From positions 1 to 64,000 of IMG/VR virus record IMGVR_UViG_3300033442_000004: 64,000 nucleotides of DNA, one strand, 5' to 3'. Of this stretch, positions 20,248 to 30,099 are shown piece after piece. Source of the DNA: a virus. The notes under the pieces are model-generated. The model was not told where the DNA came from. It saw only the letters and a list, made by a program, of their open reading frames with translations, and made no database searches. Each line of letters begins with the position of its first letter. The first letter of the stretch is position 1. Both the position numbers and the translations under genes were made by a program.

Positions 20248-20489
20248 GATGAAATCCTCTTGATGTAAGCCATGTCGATTTCCCCGACACGTCGGGGCGT
20301 CCTGGCGCGCACCGATGCGAGCCAGTCCTGTTTGGTGGGGATCTCCTTGACCTTGCGGACCGGAGCGCACTGCTCGCCGACCGCAACGTCGGATCTTCTG
20401 TGCCAGTGCCTGGTCAGGCCGAAGCAGAAGCAGCAGTTCTCCGCGGGTTCGGGAAAACTGCTGCCATCGTGGACGATGGTGATCGGCAT
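20244..20489 (-). CDS. Hypothetical Cys-containing protein
   Basis: ENCCFC motif; overlaps neighbours. Confidence 0.5.
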   Translation of the reverse strand: MPITIVHDGSSFPEPAENCCFCFGLTRHWHRRSDVAVGEQCAPVRKVKEIPTKQDWLASVRARTPRRVGEIDMAYIKRISS

Positions 20490-20680
20490 CACGTCACTTC
20501 TTCGGCGGTCATTTCGTGGATCTCGGGATCCTCGCACTGGTCGTTGCACTGGTGGCAGAGCGAGACGAAATTGTTCTCGCTCTTCTCGGCCATGGCGATG
20601 GCTTCCTCCTTGGAGTTGGCCCAGAACCGACCCATGAACTTGCTGGCTGTGACGGTGCCGAACACGCTGTACTGCTTCAT
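20489..20680 (-). CDS. Hypothetical phage protein
   Basis: 63 aa, contains SLCHQC. Confidence 0.55.
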   Translation of the reverse strand: MKQYSVFGTVTASKFMGRFWANSKEEAIAMAEKSENNFVSLCHQCNDQCEDPEIHEMTAEEVT

Positions 20681-20838
20681 GGCTGGTCCTGGTCTCCATA
20701 TCCGTCCTGGGTGCGATCGATCCGCCGATATTCTCGGGCGGTCTTCTGCACTCGGTGGTCCCGGCGGTTGGTCCGGATCACGGTCTCGATGTCGTCATCG
20801 TCGTAATCGCGGTCGAGAAGGGTGATGATGTTGAACAT
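20677..20838 (-). CDS. Hypothetical phage protein
   Basis: Fills the gap with overlaps on both sides. Confidence 0.45.
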   Translation of the reverse strand: MFNIITLLDRDYDDDDIETVIRTNRRDHRVQKTAREYRRIDRTQDGYGDQDQP

Positions 20839-21617
20839 CAGGCAACCTCCAAACTCCGGTTGAAGTTGTTCTTGCCGGCGCCGTGGATGGCGATGGTGAT
20901 GTCGGCGTTCGCCTTGGTCCGGTTGCCGCCGCACAGCATGCAGGATGCGCACTGCACGGCCTTGCCCATCTCCGCCGATGCAGGGCAGTGGCCCTCGCCA
21001 GCGAGCTTCGGATCGGACTTGCCGCGGACACGGTAGGTGCGGAAGCCGAGAGCCTTGGCGAGCACGCGATCGACCTCGGTGTCACAGGACGCCATGCAGA
21101 AGTCCGCCAGCTCGGGGATCTCGCGCCACATGTGCGTGTAGCCGGTGAGGTCAGCGACCTGGCTCAGCGCCGTCTTCCAGACCTTGATCGGCACGGCTCC
21201 AGGATCACCGTAGGCGCCGACGCGGACCACCTTGCGGGCGAGGAGCTTCCTGGCCTTGGCCAGCGGCACCTCGGGATACTTTCCGCGTGTGTAGGCATCC
21301 CAGACCACGCGAGGGCCACGCATCAAGGTGACGTAGCAGGAGCGGCCGACGTTGGTCAGCAGACCCGTCTTGTGGTCCTTGATGACCGTGCCGCGATGCG
21401 GGCAGTTGCCGCAGATCGAGATGTCGTCGCCGGTCTGCACGGCCTTCATTGGGTTGATGCCGTCGCGCAGGATGTAGATCTGAACCATCGGTCCAGTCTT
21501 CGAATTGGAACCACCGTCCTCGAGTCCGGTGGCAATGCAAATAATCTGCTGGCCGTCGATCACTGACGGGCCGCGGTACAGGACAACGCCGTTCACGGGT
21601 CTCTCCTTTGCATTCAT
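20838..21617 (-). CDS. Cys-rich phage protein (possible Fe-S/metal binding)
   Basis: NSKTG, ICGNCPH, SCYV, RVGAYGDP, TGYTH, CPAS..CASCMLC. Confidence 0.7.
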   Translation of the reverse strand: MNAKERPVNGVVLYRGPSVIDGQQIICIATGLEDGGSNSKTGPMVQIYILRDGINPMKAVQTGDDISICGNCPHRGTVIKDHKTGLLTNVGRSCYVTLMRGPRVVWDAYTRGKYPEVPLAKARKLLARKVVRVGAYGDPGAVPIKVWKTALSQVADLTGYTHMWREIPELADFCMASCDTEVDRVLAKALGFRTYRVRGKSDPKLAGEGHCPASAEMGKAVQCASCMLCGGNRTKANADITIAIHGAGKNNFNRSLEVA

Positions 21618-21973
21618 GCAACTAACAGGTCATGGTTGGGCTTGGTCAGGGCCAGCTCGCGCTCAGCCCTCACCAGTTGCCGGCTGAGGATTTGGATTTG
21701 CTTTTTCTTGCGAGCCTTGAAGTCGCGGAGGGCATCAGCCTCGGTCTCCGCAAACCTCTTCTTGTACGCAGTGAGCCGGACGAACTCACCGCAACAGTAG
21801 GCGCCCTTCGGCGTCCGGCGATCGACGTGGTACCACCGCATCTCCAGGCGGGGAGCGGTGACGCCGTACTCTTCGCGATCGGCGTCGATCACGTAGGAGT
21901 AGCTCTTCGCCTCGCAGCGCCAGAGGACATCGACGCCCTCTGGCACCGGGCCATGCGGATGGTGCAGCTTCAT
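21614..21973 (-). CDS. Hypothetical phage protein
   Basis: RRTPKGAY and FAETEADALRDFKARK patterns. Confidence 0.6.
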   Translation of the reverse strand: MKLHHPHGPVPEGVDVLWRCEAKSYSYVIDADREEYGVTAPRLEMRWYHVDRRTPKGAYCCGEFVRLTAYKKRFAETEADALRDFKARKKKQIQILSRQLVRAERELALTKPNHDLLVA

Positions 21974-21975
21974 GG

Positions 21976-23091
21976 TCAGTCGACGCGACCGTCCTGATGG
22001 AAGTCGGTCACGACCGGGAAGCGGAGCATCCCGTCCGGCGTGAAGCCGAAGTGACGCACCGTTCCCACCTTCGGAGTCTTGCCGGCGCGGCACTGAGCCA
22101 GCAGCTCGGCCGCGAACTCCTGGGTGCCTCGCATGCCTGAGCCGCATTCCTGGCCATCCGGCATCTGGAGGACGACGCGCTTGGCGACGCCAGACCAGTT
22201 GCCTTCGCCTTCCTCGACGCGGAGGATCGGGAACTCCTCGGTCACGAAACGCTTCCGCTTCATGAGCGACCAGGGCCTGCTGTCGTACTGATATGGCTCG
22301 TTGAAGCGAACCATCTGGCCTTCGTAGCCCAGCTCCACAGCCTCGACCTCGGCGGCGTCCAGTTCCTCCAGGTTGCCAACCTTGGTGGTCGGAACGTAGA
22401 TCAGCTGCGGATGACCGATCTTGGCGAGCAGCTCCTTCAGCTTCTCCGTGCGCTCGGCGAACGGCGCCGGGCTCGGAAGGTCGTAGATGTGGTACTGGAT
22501 CAGCTCGGCGGCACGAGATGCCTGCTCTGGCGTGGCCTTCTGCTTGCGGATGATCGAGGTGAGGCTGCTGAACGCATCCTTGTAGAGGTGATTGTACAGC
22601 TCTCCGTCGAACTCGATGCCGTCCTCGGCTGCGAACAGCGGCTCAAGCGCCGCCATCAGGTGTCCGCAGTTGTAGTGTGGCTGATACTCGCGGGAGGTCG
22701 CGCCCCACTTCCTGGTCATCATGGCGCGGATGCCGTCGAGCTTCGGCTGCGACCAGACGCCGTCAGCGTAGGGGACATCCTTCTTGAAGTCGTCCCAGGT
22801 CTCGGCGAGCATCGGGCCGTTCGGCACGAACTCGAGTTCCGGGATCGTGCGGCGATACTCGCGCTTCAGCTTCTTGGCTTCTTCAGCCGAGGCCTCCAGC
22901 GCTGCCTGCTGCTCCGGTGTCGTGGCGTTGGCCTTGCCGACGTTCTTCGGCTTGGCTGTCTTCCACTTGCTCTCGACCATCTTGCCGCCGTGGATGCCGG
23001 CGATGACGCGATAGTCCGCGCCGTTGACCTCGACCTGCCAGCTGCGGATCTTACCGTCCGAGCCACGCTTGAAAATCTGTTCGGTGATCAT
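21976..23091 (-). CDS. ATP-dependent DNA ligase
   Basis: QPKLDGIR (KxDG), FDGELY, YHIYD, GYEGQMVR, LMKRK, LRFPV. Confidence 0.93.
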   Translation of the reverse strand: MITEQIFKRGSDGKIRSWQVEVNGADYRVIAGIHGGKMVESKWKTAKPKNVGKANATTPEQQAALEASAEEAKKLKREYRRTIPELEFVPNGPMLAETWDDFKKDVPYADGVWSQPKLDGIRAMMTRKWGATSREYQPHYNCGHLMAALEPLFAAEDGIEFDGELYNHLYKDAFSSLTSIIRKQKATPEQASRAAELIQYHIYDLPSPAPFAERTEKLKELLAKIGHPQLIYVPTTKVGNLEELDAAEVEAVELGYEGQMVRFNEPYQYDSRPWSLMKRKRFVTEEFPILRVEEGEGNWSGVAKRVVLQMPDGQECGSGMRGTQEFAAELLAQCRAGKTPKVGTVRHFGFTPDGMLRFPVVTDFHQDGRVD

Positions 23092-23128
23092 GATGCTTCC
23101 TTGATAGAAAGGGGCGAAGTGGCGGCCC

Positions 23129-24712
23129 TTAGGCCGCCTTTGTCGCTGCTACGGTTTGCTTGTTGTCGTTGGCCGGCGGCACCTTCACCTTCGGCAACGG
23201 CGGATAGAGATCGATCAGCTCTTCCATGGCGCGGGTGGCTGCCACGTACTGCAGATTGACCTCCTGCTCCTTCTCCCAGGGCATGCTGGCGTACTTCGAT
23301 GGGCAGGTGTTCAGCCGATCGAGCCAGTAGACGCGCTTCCATTCCCGGCCTTTCGACCGGTGGATGGTGCAGAGGGTGAGGATGCCCTTCACGTCGTCGG
23401 CGAAGATGTTGTCGATGTAGGCCGTGACCGCGGCGATCGAGTCCTGCTTGTCGTCGCGGCATGCATCCATGACGACCTTCAGCGTCTTAACCTTGTCCTC
23501 GGCCTCCTGGACCTTCGACATCTTCTTCTTCGGCAGCCAGCGCTCCTTCTCCTTCTCCAGCCAGTCCTCCAGCTTGTCCTCCAGCTCCGGGATGGTGCTG
23601 ATCGACTTCCAGCGGGTGGCCAGCTTCTTGAGCGAGTTGCCGATGTCCCGGCCTTCGATGCGGCAGGGGATCTTCTCGCGGATCAGGGCGAACGCGGCAG
23701 TCACTAGCGGCCGGGTGTTGCGGCAGATGATCGCCGCATCGCCGTTCAGCCGATCGCGGACGGTGATCATCTTCTCGAACGTCTCGGAGCTGATCTTGCC
23801 CTCGGGCGCCGAGGGGTGAGCCTCGATGTGGTTCACCCAGGTCTGAGCGAACTTCACCACGTTCTTCGGGCAACGATAGGTGACCGTGAGCGGCATCACC
23901 TTGGCGCCGAACTCCTGCTGGATGATGTCGAGGCTGTCGTTGTCGGCGCCCGTGAAGCCGAAGATAGCCTGGTGAGGATCTCCGACAGCGATGACGCGGC
24001 CGATACCGGGCTTCATCAGCGCCTTCACCAGCAGTCGGCGGACCGTGTTGGTGTCCTGCGCCTCATCGATCCAGACATTCTCGAACTGCCAGAACTTGAT
24101 CTTGTAGAGCAGGGGCAGGTAGATCATGTCGTTGAAGTCGATGACGTCCGGGTTCTTGTTCGACTCCTTGAGCAGCAGGATCGCCAGGTCGATGATGTCC
24201 GATGCCTTCTTCTGCAGAGGCTCTTCGTCGAACAGGTCGAAGTGCTCGGCGATATCCTCCCAGATCGAGGTATCGTCGATGTGGCCCTGGCCCTCGATGC
24301 CGAGGCCGCTCTGCTTGGCGAAGGCGACGAGCTGACAGGCGACCGAGACGTGAGGAACGAGCGAAGGCTCGATCTTGGCGTTTTCCACCCAGTCAGCGCT
24401 GATGCGTCCGACCTTCTCGTCGTCGATACGGACCTTCGGGAACGTCTTGCGGTAGTTGCGCAGGGCGATGGCGTGACAGGTCGAGGACTCGGCCTTCTTC
24501 CAGTCGATGCCGAGCTGCTCCAGCTTGCCCTTCATCTCCTTGGAGATCTTGGCGCCGAATGACAGGATGATGCTGCTGCCGCGCATCTCGCCGACCGTGC
24601 GGACGATGGTGGTCGATTTGCCGGCGCCGGCCACTGCCATCACGATGATCGAGCCGGTGCCGTTCCAGGCTTCTTGCTGGACAGCCGCTTGCTGCGGGGA
24701 GGGGACGTACAT
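23129..24712 (-). CDS. UvrD/Rep SF1 helicase
   Basis: AVAGAGKST, IDEAQD, VGDPHQAIFGFTGA, TYRCP, TIHRSKGREW, YVAATRA. Confidence 0.95.
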   Translation of the reverse strand: MYVPSPQQAAVQQEAWNGTGSIIVMAVAGAGKSTTIVRTVGEMRGSSIILSFGAKISKEMKGKLEQLGIDWKKAESSTCHAIALRNYRKTFPKVRIDDEKVGRISADWVENAKIEPSLVPHVSVACQLVAFAKQSGLGIEGQGHIDDTSIWEDIAEHFDLFDEEPLQKKASDIIDLAILLLKESNKNPDVIDFNDMIYLPLLYKIKFWQFENVWIDEAQDTNTVRRLLVKALMKPGIGRVIAVGDPHQAIFGFTGADNDSLDIIQQEFGAKVMPLTVTYRCPKNVVKFAQTWVNHIEAHPSAPEGKISSETFEKMITVRDRLNGDAAIICRNTRPLVTAAFALIREKIPCRIEGRDIGNSLKKLATRWKSISTIPELEDKLEDWLEKEKERWLPKKKMSKVQEAEDKVKTLKVVMDACRDDKQDSIAAVTAYIDNIFADDVKGILTLCTIHRSKGREWKRVYWLDRLNTCPSKYASMPWEKEQEVNLQYVAATRAMEELIDLYPPLPKVKVPPANDNKQTVAATKAA

Positions 24713-24793
24713 GGTTCACCTTTCGGAATTGGGTCTGGTCAGGGTTATCAGTGCATTTGCATTCAAGCAAACGATATTTGCAAAAAATGCAAA

Positions 24794-25096
24794 TCACCGC
24801 TTCTTGCGGGGCTTCCTCGTGCGGGACAGTTCCCGAGCCTTCCGGATCAGGGCGTAGAGAGCCGATGCATCGCTGCACAGGCGTTCGTCGTCGAGATCGG
24901 CCATGATGTCTTCGGCGTGCTCGGCGTTCCGCGCCTTGTCGGTCGGCGTGTCCATCCTGGAGAGCTGGGAGAGGATCTCGCAGGCGCCTTCGACGAACTT
25001 GCGAGCCCGATCGTGCTTGGCGTCGTAGCCGCGGCCATCGATCGATGCGTCCAGGCCGTCGAGGTAGGTGGTGATCATCGGGTGGAGAGCCATCAC
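24794..25096 (-). CDS. Hypothetical phage protein
   Basis: 100-aa ORF. Confidence 0.55.
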   Translation of the reverse strand: MMALHPMITTYLDGLDASIDGRGYDAKHDRARKFVEGACEILSQLSRMDTPTDKARNAEHAEDIMADLDDERLCSDASALYALIRKARELSRTRKPRKKR

Positions 25097-25464
25097 GCAG
25101 CCTCCTTGCCGGCATCGACTTCCGCGACGCGCAGCTCCTTCAGGCCCTCGACGACGCGCGTCGCATCCACCTCGTTGTAGACCTTGCAGATGTATCGCTT
25201 GTCGTCGAAGATCAGCCAGCCTTCACCGTGGAAGTTCGACATCTTGAAGGTGCGCGGATTTTCCCGCCAGAACACGGCCTTGACCTCGGCGGTCAGATGG
25301 CGCGGCTGGATCGATCCGTAGGCGTGCTGGTCGATCAGGTTCTTGGCCTTCAGGCTGTTGAGCGAGTTGACCTCGCCCTCGCGGAGCCAGACGTAGTTGG
25401 TGGCATGGAGCGTCAGCACCTTGGCGACGATCTGCTCCTGCAGCTTGGTAAGGGTCTTAGGCAT
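25093..25464 (-). CDS. Hypothetical phage protein
   Basis: 123-aa ORF ending KEAA. Confidence 0.6.
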   Translation of the reverse strand: MPKTLTKLQEQIVAKVLTLHATNYVWLREGEVNSLNSLKAKNLIDQHAYGSIQPRHLTAEVKAVFWRENPRTFKMSNFHGEGWLIFDDKRYICKVYNEVDATRVVEGLKELRVAEVDAGKEAA

Positions 25465-25828
25465 CGGTCATCTCCTTCGCGCACTCGGCGCAATAAAACT
25501 CGCTTTCGCCGAGGGTCGTCTTGACCTCGATCGCCTTGTCGGTGTCTGCCTCGCAGCACTCGCAGATCTTGGTCAGAGCGGTGCCGGCGAAGCTCGCCCA
25601 GCTCCAGCCCAGGACGTAGGCGCCGTTGTCATCGCCCTCGGACACGATCGCGCCGTCGATCTCAAACTCTCCGTCGTCGCCGACGCCGGCCATGTCCGCG
25701 ATTTTCTTGTCACGCTCCGACGCGCGGTCGTAGAAGAACTGGAGCACGTCGCCGATCTCCAGACCGGGAATACCCGCCAGCGCGACCTGCTTCGGATCGA
25801 TCGACTTCTCGTTGGTTTTTTTGGCCAT
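25457..25828 (-). CDS. Hypothetical phage protein with CxxC pairs
   Basis: SEGDDNGAYVLGW; CECC...CAEC. Confidence 0.6.
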   Translation of the reverse strand: MAKKTNEKSIDPKQVALAGIPGLEIGDVLQFFYDRASERDKKIADMAGVGDDGEFEIDGAIVSEGDDNGAYVLGWSWASFAGTALTKICECCEADTDKAIEVKTTLGESEFYCAECAKEMTDA

Positions 25829-25831
25829 GGG

Positions 25832-26131
25832 TCACCTCAGGTAAGCAGGGCCGTACGGACCCATCTTCGCGAGACCGTTGTGCTCGTCGAAGACGTTGCC
25901 GCGGGCGTGCTTCGCCGGCCGCGCCCAGCTCTCGGCCTTCAGCACGTCGCCGGTCGCCTTATCAATGAAGCAGTGAACGCCGCTCCCATTCACGATCCGA
26001 AATCGCTTCTGCAGCTCCTCCAGCTTCCACTCCGGCGCGGGGTTGCGCGGATAGTTCGCCTGCCGGTGAGCCTCGGCGATGCGCTTGCAACCTTCGAAGA
26101 AGGTCTGGATTGCTTGTTGCAAGTCGGGCAA
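25832..26131 (-). CDS. Hypothetical phage protein
   Basis: VHCFIDKATGDVLKAESWARPAKHARGNV resembles a widespread phage small protein. Confidence 0.7.
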   Translation of the reverse strand: MPDLQQAIQTFFEGCKRIAEAHRQANYPRNPAPEWKLEELQKRFRIVNGSGVHCFIDKATGDVLKAESWARPAKHARGNVFDEHNGLAKMGPYGPAYLR

Positions 26132-26301
26132 GTTCGTTACTCCTCAATTCCTTGGCGATGTCCCGCAGCTTCTGGCGGATGACCTTCGCGGTGCATTCGA
26201 TCTTCATGGGTTTGCGGTGCATCCACCCGTCCAGGCGCCAGGACTCGCGGCACCCCTTGCAGTGCCACTTCGCTTCCTGGATGAGCGGGTCCACCCTCGG
26301 G

Positions 26302-26790
26302 TCACGCGGCATCGGCCGCGTCCCGGATGATCTCGACGATCGACGTGTTGGCGACGAAGCCGAAGTAGTCCTCGTCGTTGTCGACCGGCTCGACGTAGAC
26401 GCGCTTGTCCACGTCGGTGTTGTCGACTTCGCCCACGGTGTAGATGCCGTCAGGCGCATCCTCGTCTCCTTCGACGCGGACCCGATCTCCCGGCGTCACC
26501 GCCAACACCTTCGCGGCGTCTGGCTCGGCACAGGCCTTGTAGAGCCAGGCCTGCGGCAGTTGCTCTCCGTCCAGGTACAGACCATCCTCGGTGAGGGTGG
26601 CTGCGCCGCCGGAGTGCTCCTCAACCGCCACTCGCACGTCGGCCAGCCGGACGATCTCGTCGGAGTCGTCAGAGCCTGAGGTCAACAGATCTTTGACCTT
26701 TCCGAAGTGTGTGTGGTCCGCTGCCAGGGTCCACGGACGGCCCCTGGCAATGAACGTGATTGAGGTGTCGGTGATGACGCTCGGGATCAT
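26302..26790 (-). CDS. Short rIIB-like protein (N-terminal part only)
   Basis: ITDTSITFIARGRPWTLAADHTHFGKV resembles rIIB N-termini; directly downstream of rIIA. Confidence 0.55.
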   Translation of the reverse strand: MIPSVITDTSITFIARGRPWTLAADHTHFGKVKDLLTSGSDDSDEIVRLADVRVAVEEHSGGAATLTEDGLYLDGEQLPQAWLYKACAEPDAAKVLAVTPGDRVRVEGDEDAPDGIYTVGEVDNTDVDKRVYVEPVDNDEDYFGFVANTSIVEIIRDAADAA

Positions 26791-26804
26791 TGGATCGCTC
26801 CGTC

Positions 26805-29030
26805 TCAGGCTGCTTCCGCCAGCGGGTCGATCTCGTCGTCGACCGGCTCGGCGTTCTGGTTGTTGTCGTTCAGCGCCAGCGCAGCCCTCGCCATTTCCGC
26901 CTGCTGTTGCAGGAGCTGCTGCTCTGCATGCAGGAGGTCACAGTAGTGCTTGAGCTGGCGCTGGGTTTGGGCAGCGTCCGTGCGGTTCGAGTACGAGTAG
27001 TACGGGTTCGGCTCGATGATCAGCTTGAGCAGCGCGTACTTCGAGCACAGCTCGCGGTAGCGCCGTTCCATCGCCGTGATCGGGCACTGCACCTCCGGCT
27101 TGTCGATTTCGATACCGAGCCGGGACAGGGCGGAGTGCGCCTTGTCGGTCGGGGTATCGACGGTCGAGTTGCCCCGGAGAGCGGTGCCGAGCGCCGTCAG
27201 CTCGGTCTTGAACAGCAGCAGGTCGCCCGGCGCATTAGCGAACGTCGCCGGCGTCATGCCGACGATGCCCCTCAGAGCCGAGTCGAGATCGTTGAAGGAC
27301 TTCTGGTGCAGTCCGGTGAACGTCGAGACGTCGATCTTGGCCTGCAGATCGGGGATCAGGTCATCTCCGAACAGCGTCCAGTTGTCGCCGAGCGCAGCGT
27401 GATCCTCGCTCTGGATCAGGATCGTGGTGCCTTCCTCGACCAGACCCAGCTCGAAGGAGGCCGAGATGACTTCCTTCATCACGCTGAGCGAGACGCTGTT
27501 CTGCTCGGTCGAGACCTTGACGTACTCGTTACCGCGGCGCCGGCTGTAGAGGCCGTTGCTGACGCGCTGCAGGTAGAAGCCGCCCTCGGCCAGGTCGACG
27601 TCCTCCTGCGACACGAGGACGCCACCACCCTCGGTGACCACCATCACCCTGCGGCGACGGACGGTCTTGCCACGGGTCCGCTTGCTCGCCGGCACCTTGA
27701 AGGTGTCCAGCTCGACGACCTCGGGATCGCCGAGGGCATTGAGCACTTCCTCGCGGAAGGCCCGCTTGCAGCGGATCCAGAGCACTTTCTGGCCGACCAA
27801 CTGCGCCATCTGGAAGCGCGAGTAGGAGTAGCTGGGGTTGTGCTCGATGACGATTTTGGCGTCGCGGCACCAGCTCATCCGGACCGTGGTGTCTTCGAAC
27901 TTGTCGAAGTGAACCCAGCCATCGGCCAGCATCCCGGTCTTGCAGTTGATCTTCGGAACGGTCGACGACAGCGTCTTGCCGCGCCACTTCACAACCTCCC
28001 GCAGCTTCTCGGTGCGAGAGACGCCGAGAGACTGGGTTGCTTCCTCGAACAGCTCGACGGCACCGATCAGGTCTTCAGCCGTGTCGACGGCGGTCTGACA
28101 GTTTCGGATGAAGTTCTGCTCATACTCCTCGGTCAAGCGAGCCAGGGTCGCCTTGGTGTTGTCGTCATAGGCCAGCTCTTCGCGGGACAGCGTCACCTTG
28201 AGCGAGCCGATCGGGGCATCGAACAGGACGGCATCGCTGTAGTCGAGGAAGCCCGTCGTCTTGATCTGCCGCATGTCGAAGGGGTACATCACGCAACCCA
28301 TGCGGACGTGCGGACCGTTGAACGGCACCGTCCCGTTCTTGTAACGGGTGTAGTTGTCGCCCTGGCTCGTGACGACCGGGTCCTTCCAGTCGATCGCCGG
28401 GGTGATCTTCGGCCGCGGAGTGAACGACCAGAGGATGCTGCGAGCCCGATCATGGAACTCGCGGATGTCTTCGCGGCGAACCGGGAAAGACACCTCCAGG
28501 CCGGTCGGCTCGTCCGACGGCGCCTCGATCAGCAGGCGCATGGTCGGCGCACCGCTCTGGGACAGCGAGAGCACGTAGGTCCGCATCATGCCGCCGTGGT
28601 AGGACGTCACTGTGTAGGAGCCGGAGCCCGAGTCCGAGATCAGGTAGGCGTATGGGCTCTTCGAACCCAGGCCCCAGCCGCCGACCTGGTCGTTGCTGCC
28701 GCGCTTCGTCGAAGCGTAGAGGCGGGCATAGACGTTCTTCATGTCGTCGGGCGACATGCCGGGACCGAAGTCACGGAACGTGATCGTCGGCGAGAGCGGC
28801 GTCGGCAGCCGGATCTGCGGGATCTTGTCTTCAGGGATGTCGTCGCCGTACTTGAGGCGCGAGCCATCCCACATGTTCGTCGTCAGCTCGCGGATCGGGT
28901 AGCCGATCTTGTCCTTCGCCAGACCTGAGATCTGGGCGTAGAACGCCACCGCGTTGGCTTCGAACGAGATGGCGACTTCATCCTGCACGCCAGCTGCGAC
29001 GTCGACATGTTCTTGCAATCCGAGTTTCAT
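26805..29030 (-). CDS. rIIA: rIIA-like protein (GHKL/Hsp90-type ATPase N-domain)
   Basis: IRELTTNMWD, RDFGPGMS, STKRGSNDQVGGWGLGSKSPYAY, TGLEV, MGCVMYP, SREELAY. Confidence 0.85.
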   Translation of the reverse strand: MKLGLQEHVDVAAGVQDEVAISFEANAVAFYAQISGLAKDKIGYPIRELTTNMWDGSRLKYGDDIPEDKIPQIRLPTPLSPTITFRDFGPGMSPDDMKNVYARLYASTKRGSNDQVGGWGLGSKSPYAYLISDSGSGSYTVTSYHGGMMRTYVLSLSQSGAPTMRLLIEAPSDEPTGLEVSFPVRREDIREFHDRARSILWSFTPRPKITPAIDWKDPVVTSQGDNYTRYKNGTVPFNGPHVRMGCVMYPFDMRQIKTTGFLDYSDAVLFDAPIGSLKVTLSREELAYDDNTKATLARLTEEYEQNFIRNCQTAVDTAEDLIGAVELFEEATQSLGVSRTEKLREVVKWRGKTLSSTVPKINCKTGMLADGWVHFDKFEDTTVRMSWCRDAKIVIEHNPSYSYSRFQMAQLVGQKVLWIRCKRAFREEVLNALGDPEVVELDTFKVPASKRTRGKTVRRRRVMVVTEGGGVLVSQEDVDLAEGGFYLQRVSNGLYSRRRGNEYVKVSTEQNSVSLSVMKEVISASFELGLVEEGTTILIQSEDHAALGDNWTLFGDDLIPDLQAKIDVSTFTGLHQKSFNDLDSALRGIVGMTPATFANAPGDLLLFKTELTALGTALRGNSTVDTPTDKAHSALSRLGIEIDKPEVQCPITAMERRYRELCSKYALLKLIIEPNPYYSYSNRTDAAQTQRQLKHYCDLLHAEQQLLQQQAEMARAALALNDNNQNAEPVDDEIDPLAEAA

Positions 29031-29069
29031 TGTTCAGTGTCCTTTGTTTCGTGATGTCGTGGGTGGCGA

Positions 29070-30083
29070 TCAGGCGCTGAGCAGGCCTTCGTCGTCGAAG
29101 AGATCGAGGAAGGAGCGCTCGCGAGGCCGGTTGATGAGGTAGATGGCGTCATCCAGCTCTTCGGCGCTGACCTTGATGTCGGCCAGGTACTGAGCGACCT
29201 GCCGCGGGTACTTGAAAACCAGATCCTCGAGTTCGCGCTGGCGCAGCTGCTTCAGCATCCGCATGGTTCGCAGCGGCCTGCTGCTGCCGAAGCTGCTTCC
29301 TGCCGACGAGCCCGACCAGGATGAACGCCTCGGTTCTTCTTGCTGACCTTTGGGGTCACGCTCGATGACGAACTTCGATGCGTCGATCTTGACCATGTGG
29401 TCGCGCAGCTCGAACAGGTGCTGGACGCACTGCGTCTCCCGATCGGTGTGCTCGTTCTCGTATCCGACCGAGAGGTTCGAGCACTCCGGCACGATGCCCA
29501 TGTAGATCTTGGTGTCCGTGAGGACGCCGGTCGGATCGTTCTTGAACCGGCTGGGCAGCTGAGCAGCCAGGGAGTCGCCGAACGCATCCGACGCCGTCCG
29601 TCCCCGCTGGTGGGTGATGACAGACGTGAAGCCACGACGGTCGAAGGCGATGGCAGCTTTGATGCCATCCAGGAACTCGGGCGTCTCGTTGGCGATGCCA
29701 CCCGATCCCTTGCAGCCGACCTCCTCACCGAAGTGGAAGACGTACAGGCCAGGCACCTTCGCCTCGATCATCTTGATCATGATGAAGTTGCCGGCCGCAT
29801 CGTCGGCGCCGAGGCAGTTCGACTTGGACTTCTTCGGCAGATGGATCTTGGTGCCGGTCATCTCGATCTGCTGGAAGCCTTCATCCCGGTGGACGCTGTC
29901 CGTGTGGGATGACCAGAGGATCGTCGGCTTCTCCTCGCCGATGATCATGAACCGGTTGCCGAACTTGTCGGTCTGCACCCCGAGCGGGGTGATGAACCGA
30001 TCGATGTAGGCAAGCTCGGTCTTCGAGCCATAGGGACGACGATGCGACAGCATCGCCTTGAGCATCTCAAGGTCGTTGGACAT
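29070..30083 (-). CDS. M28/M20-family zinc peptidase-like protein
   Basis: SHTDSVH, LGADDAAG, GEEVGCKGS, AFDRRG, NLSVGYENEH. Confidence 0.85.
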   Translation of the reverse strand: MSNDLEMLKAMLSHRRPYGSKTELAYIDRFITPLGVQTDKFGNRFMIIGEEKPTILWSSHTDSVHRDEGFQQIEMTGTKIHLPKKSKSNCLGADDAAGNFIMIKMIEAKVPGLYVFHFGEEVGCKGSGGIANETPEFLDGIKAAIAFDRRGFTSVITHQRGRTASDAFGDSLAAQLPSRFKNDPTGVLTDTKIYMGIVPECSNLSVGYENEHTDRETQCVQHLFELRDHMVKIDASKFVIERDPKGQQEEPRRSSWSGSSAGSSFGSSRPLRTMRMLKQLRQRELEDLVFKYPRQVAQYLADIKVSAEELDDAIYLINRPRERSFLDLFDDEGLLSA

Positions 30084-30099
30084 TTCAGTTCCTGTTGGA

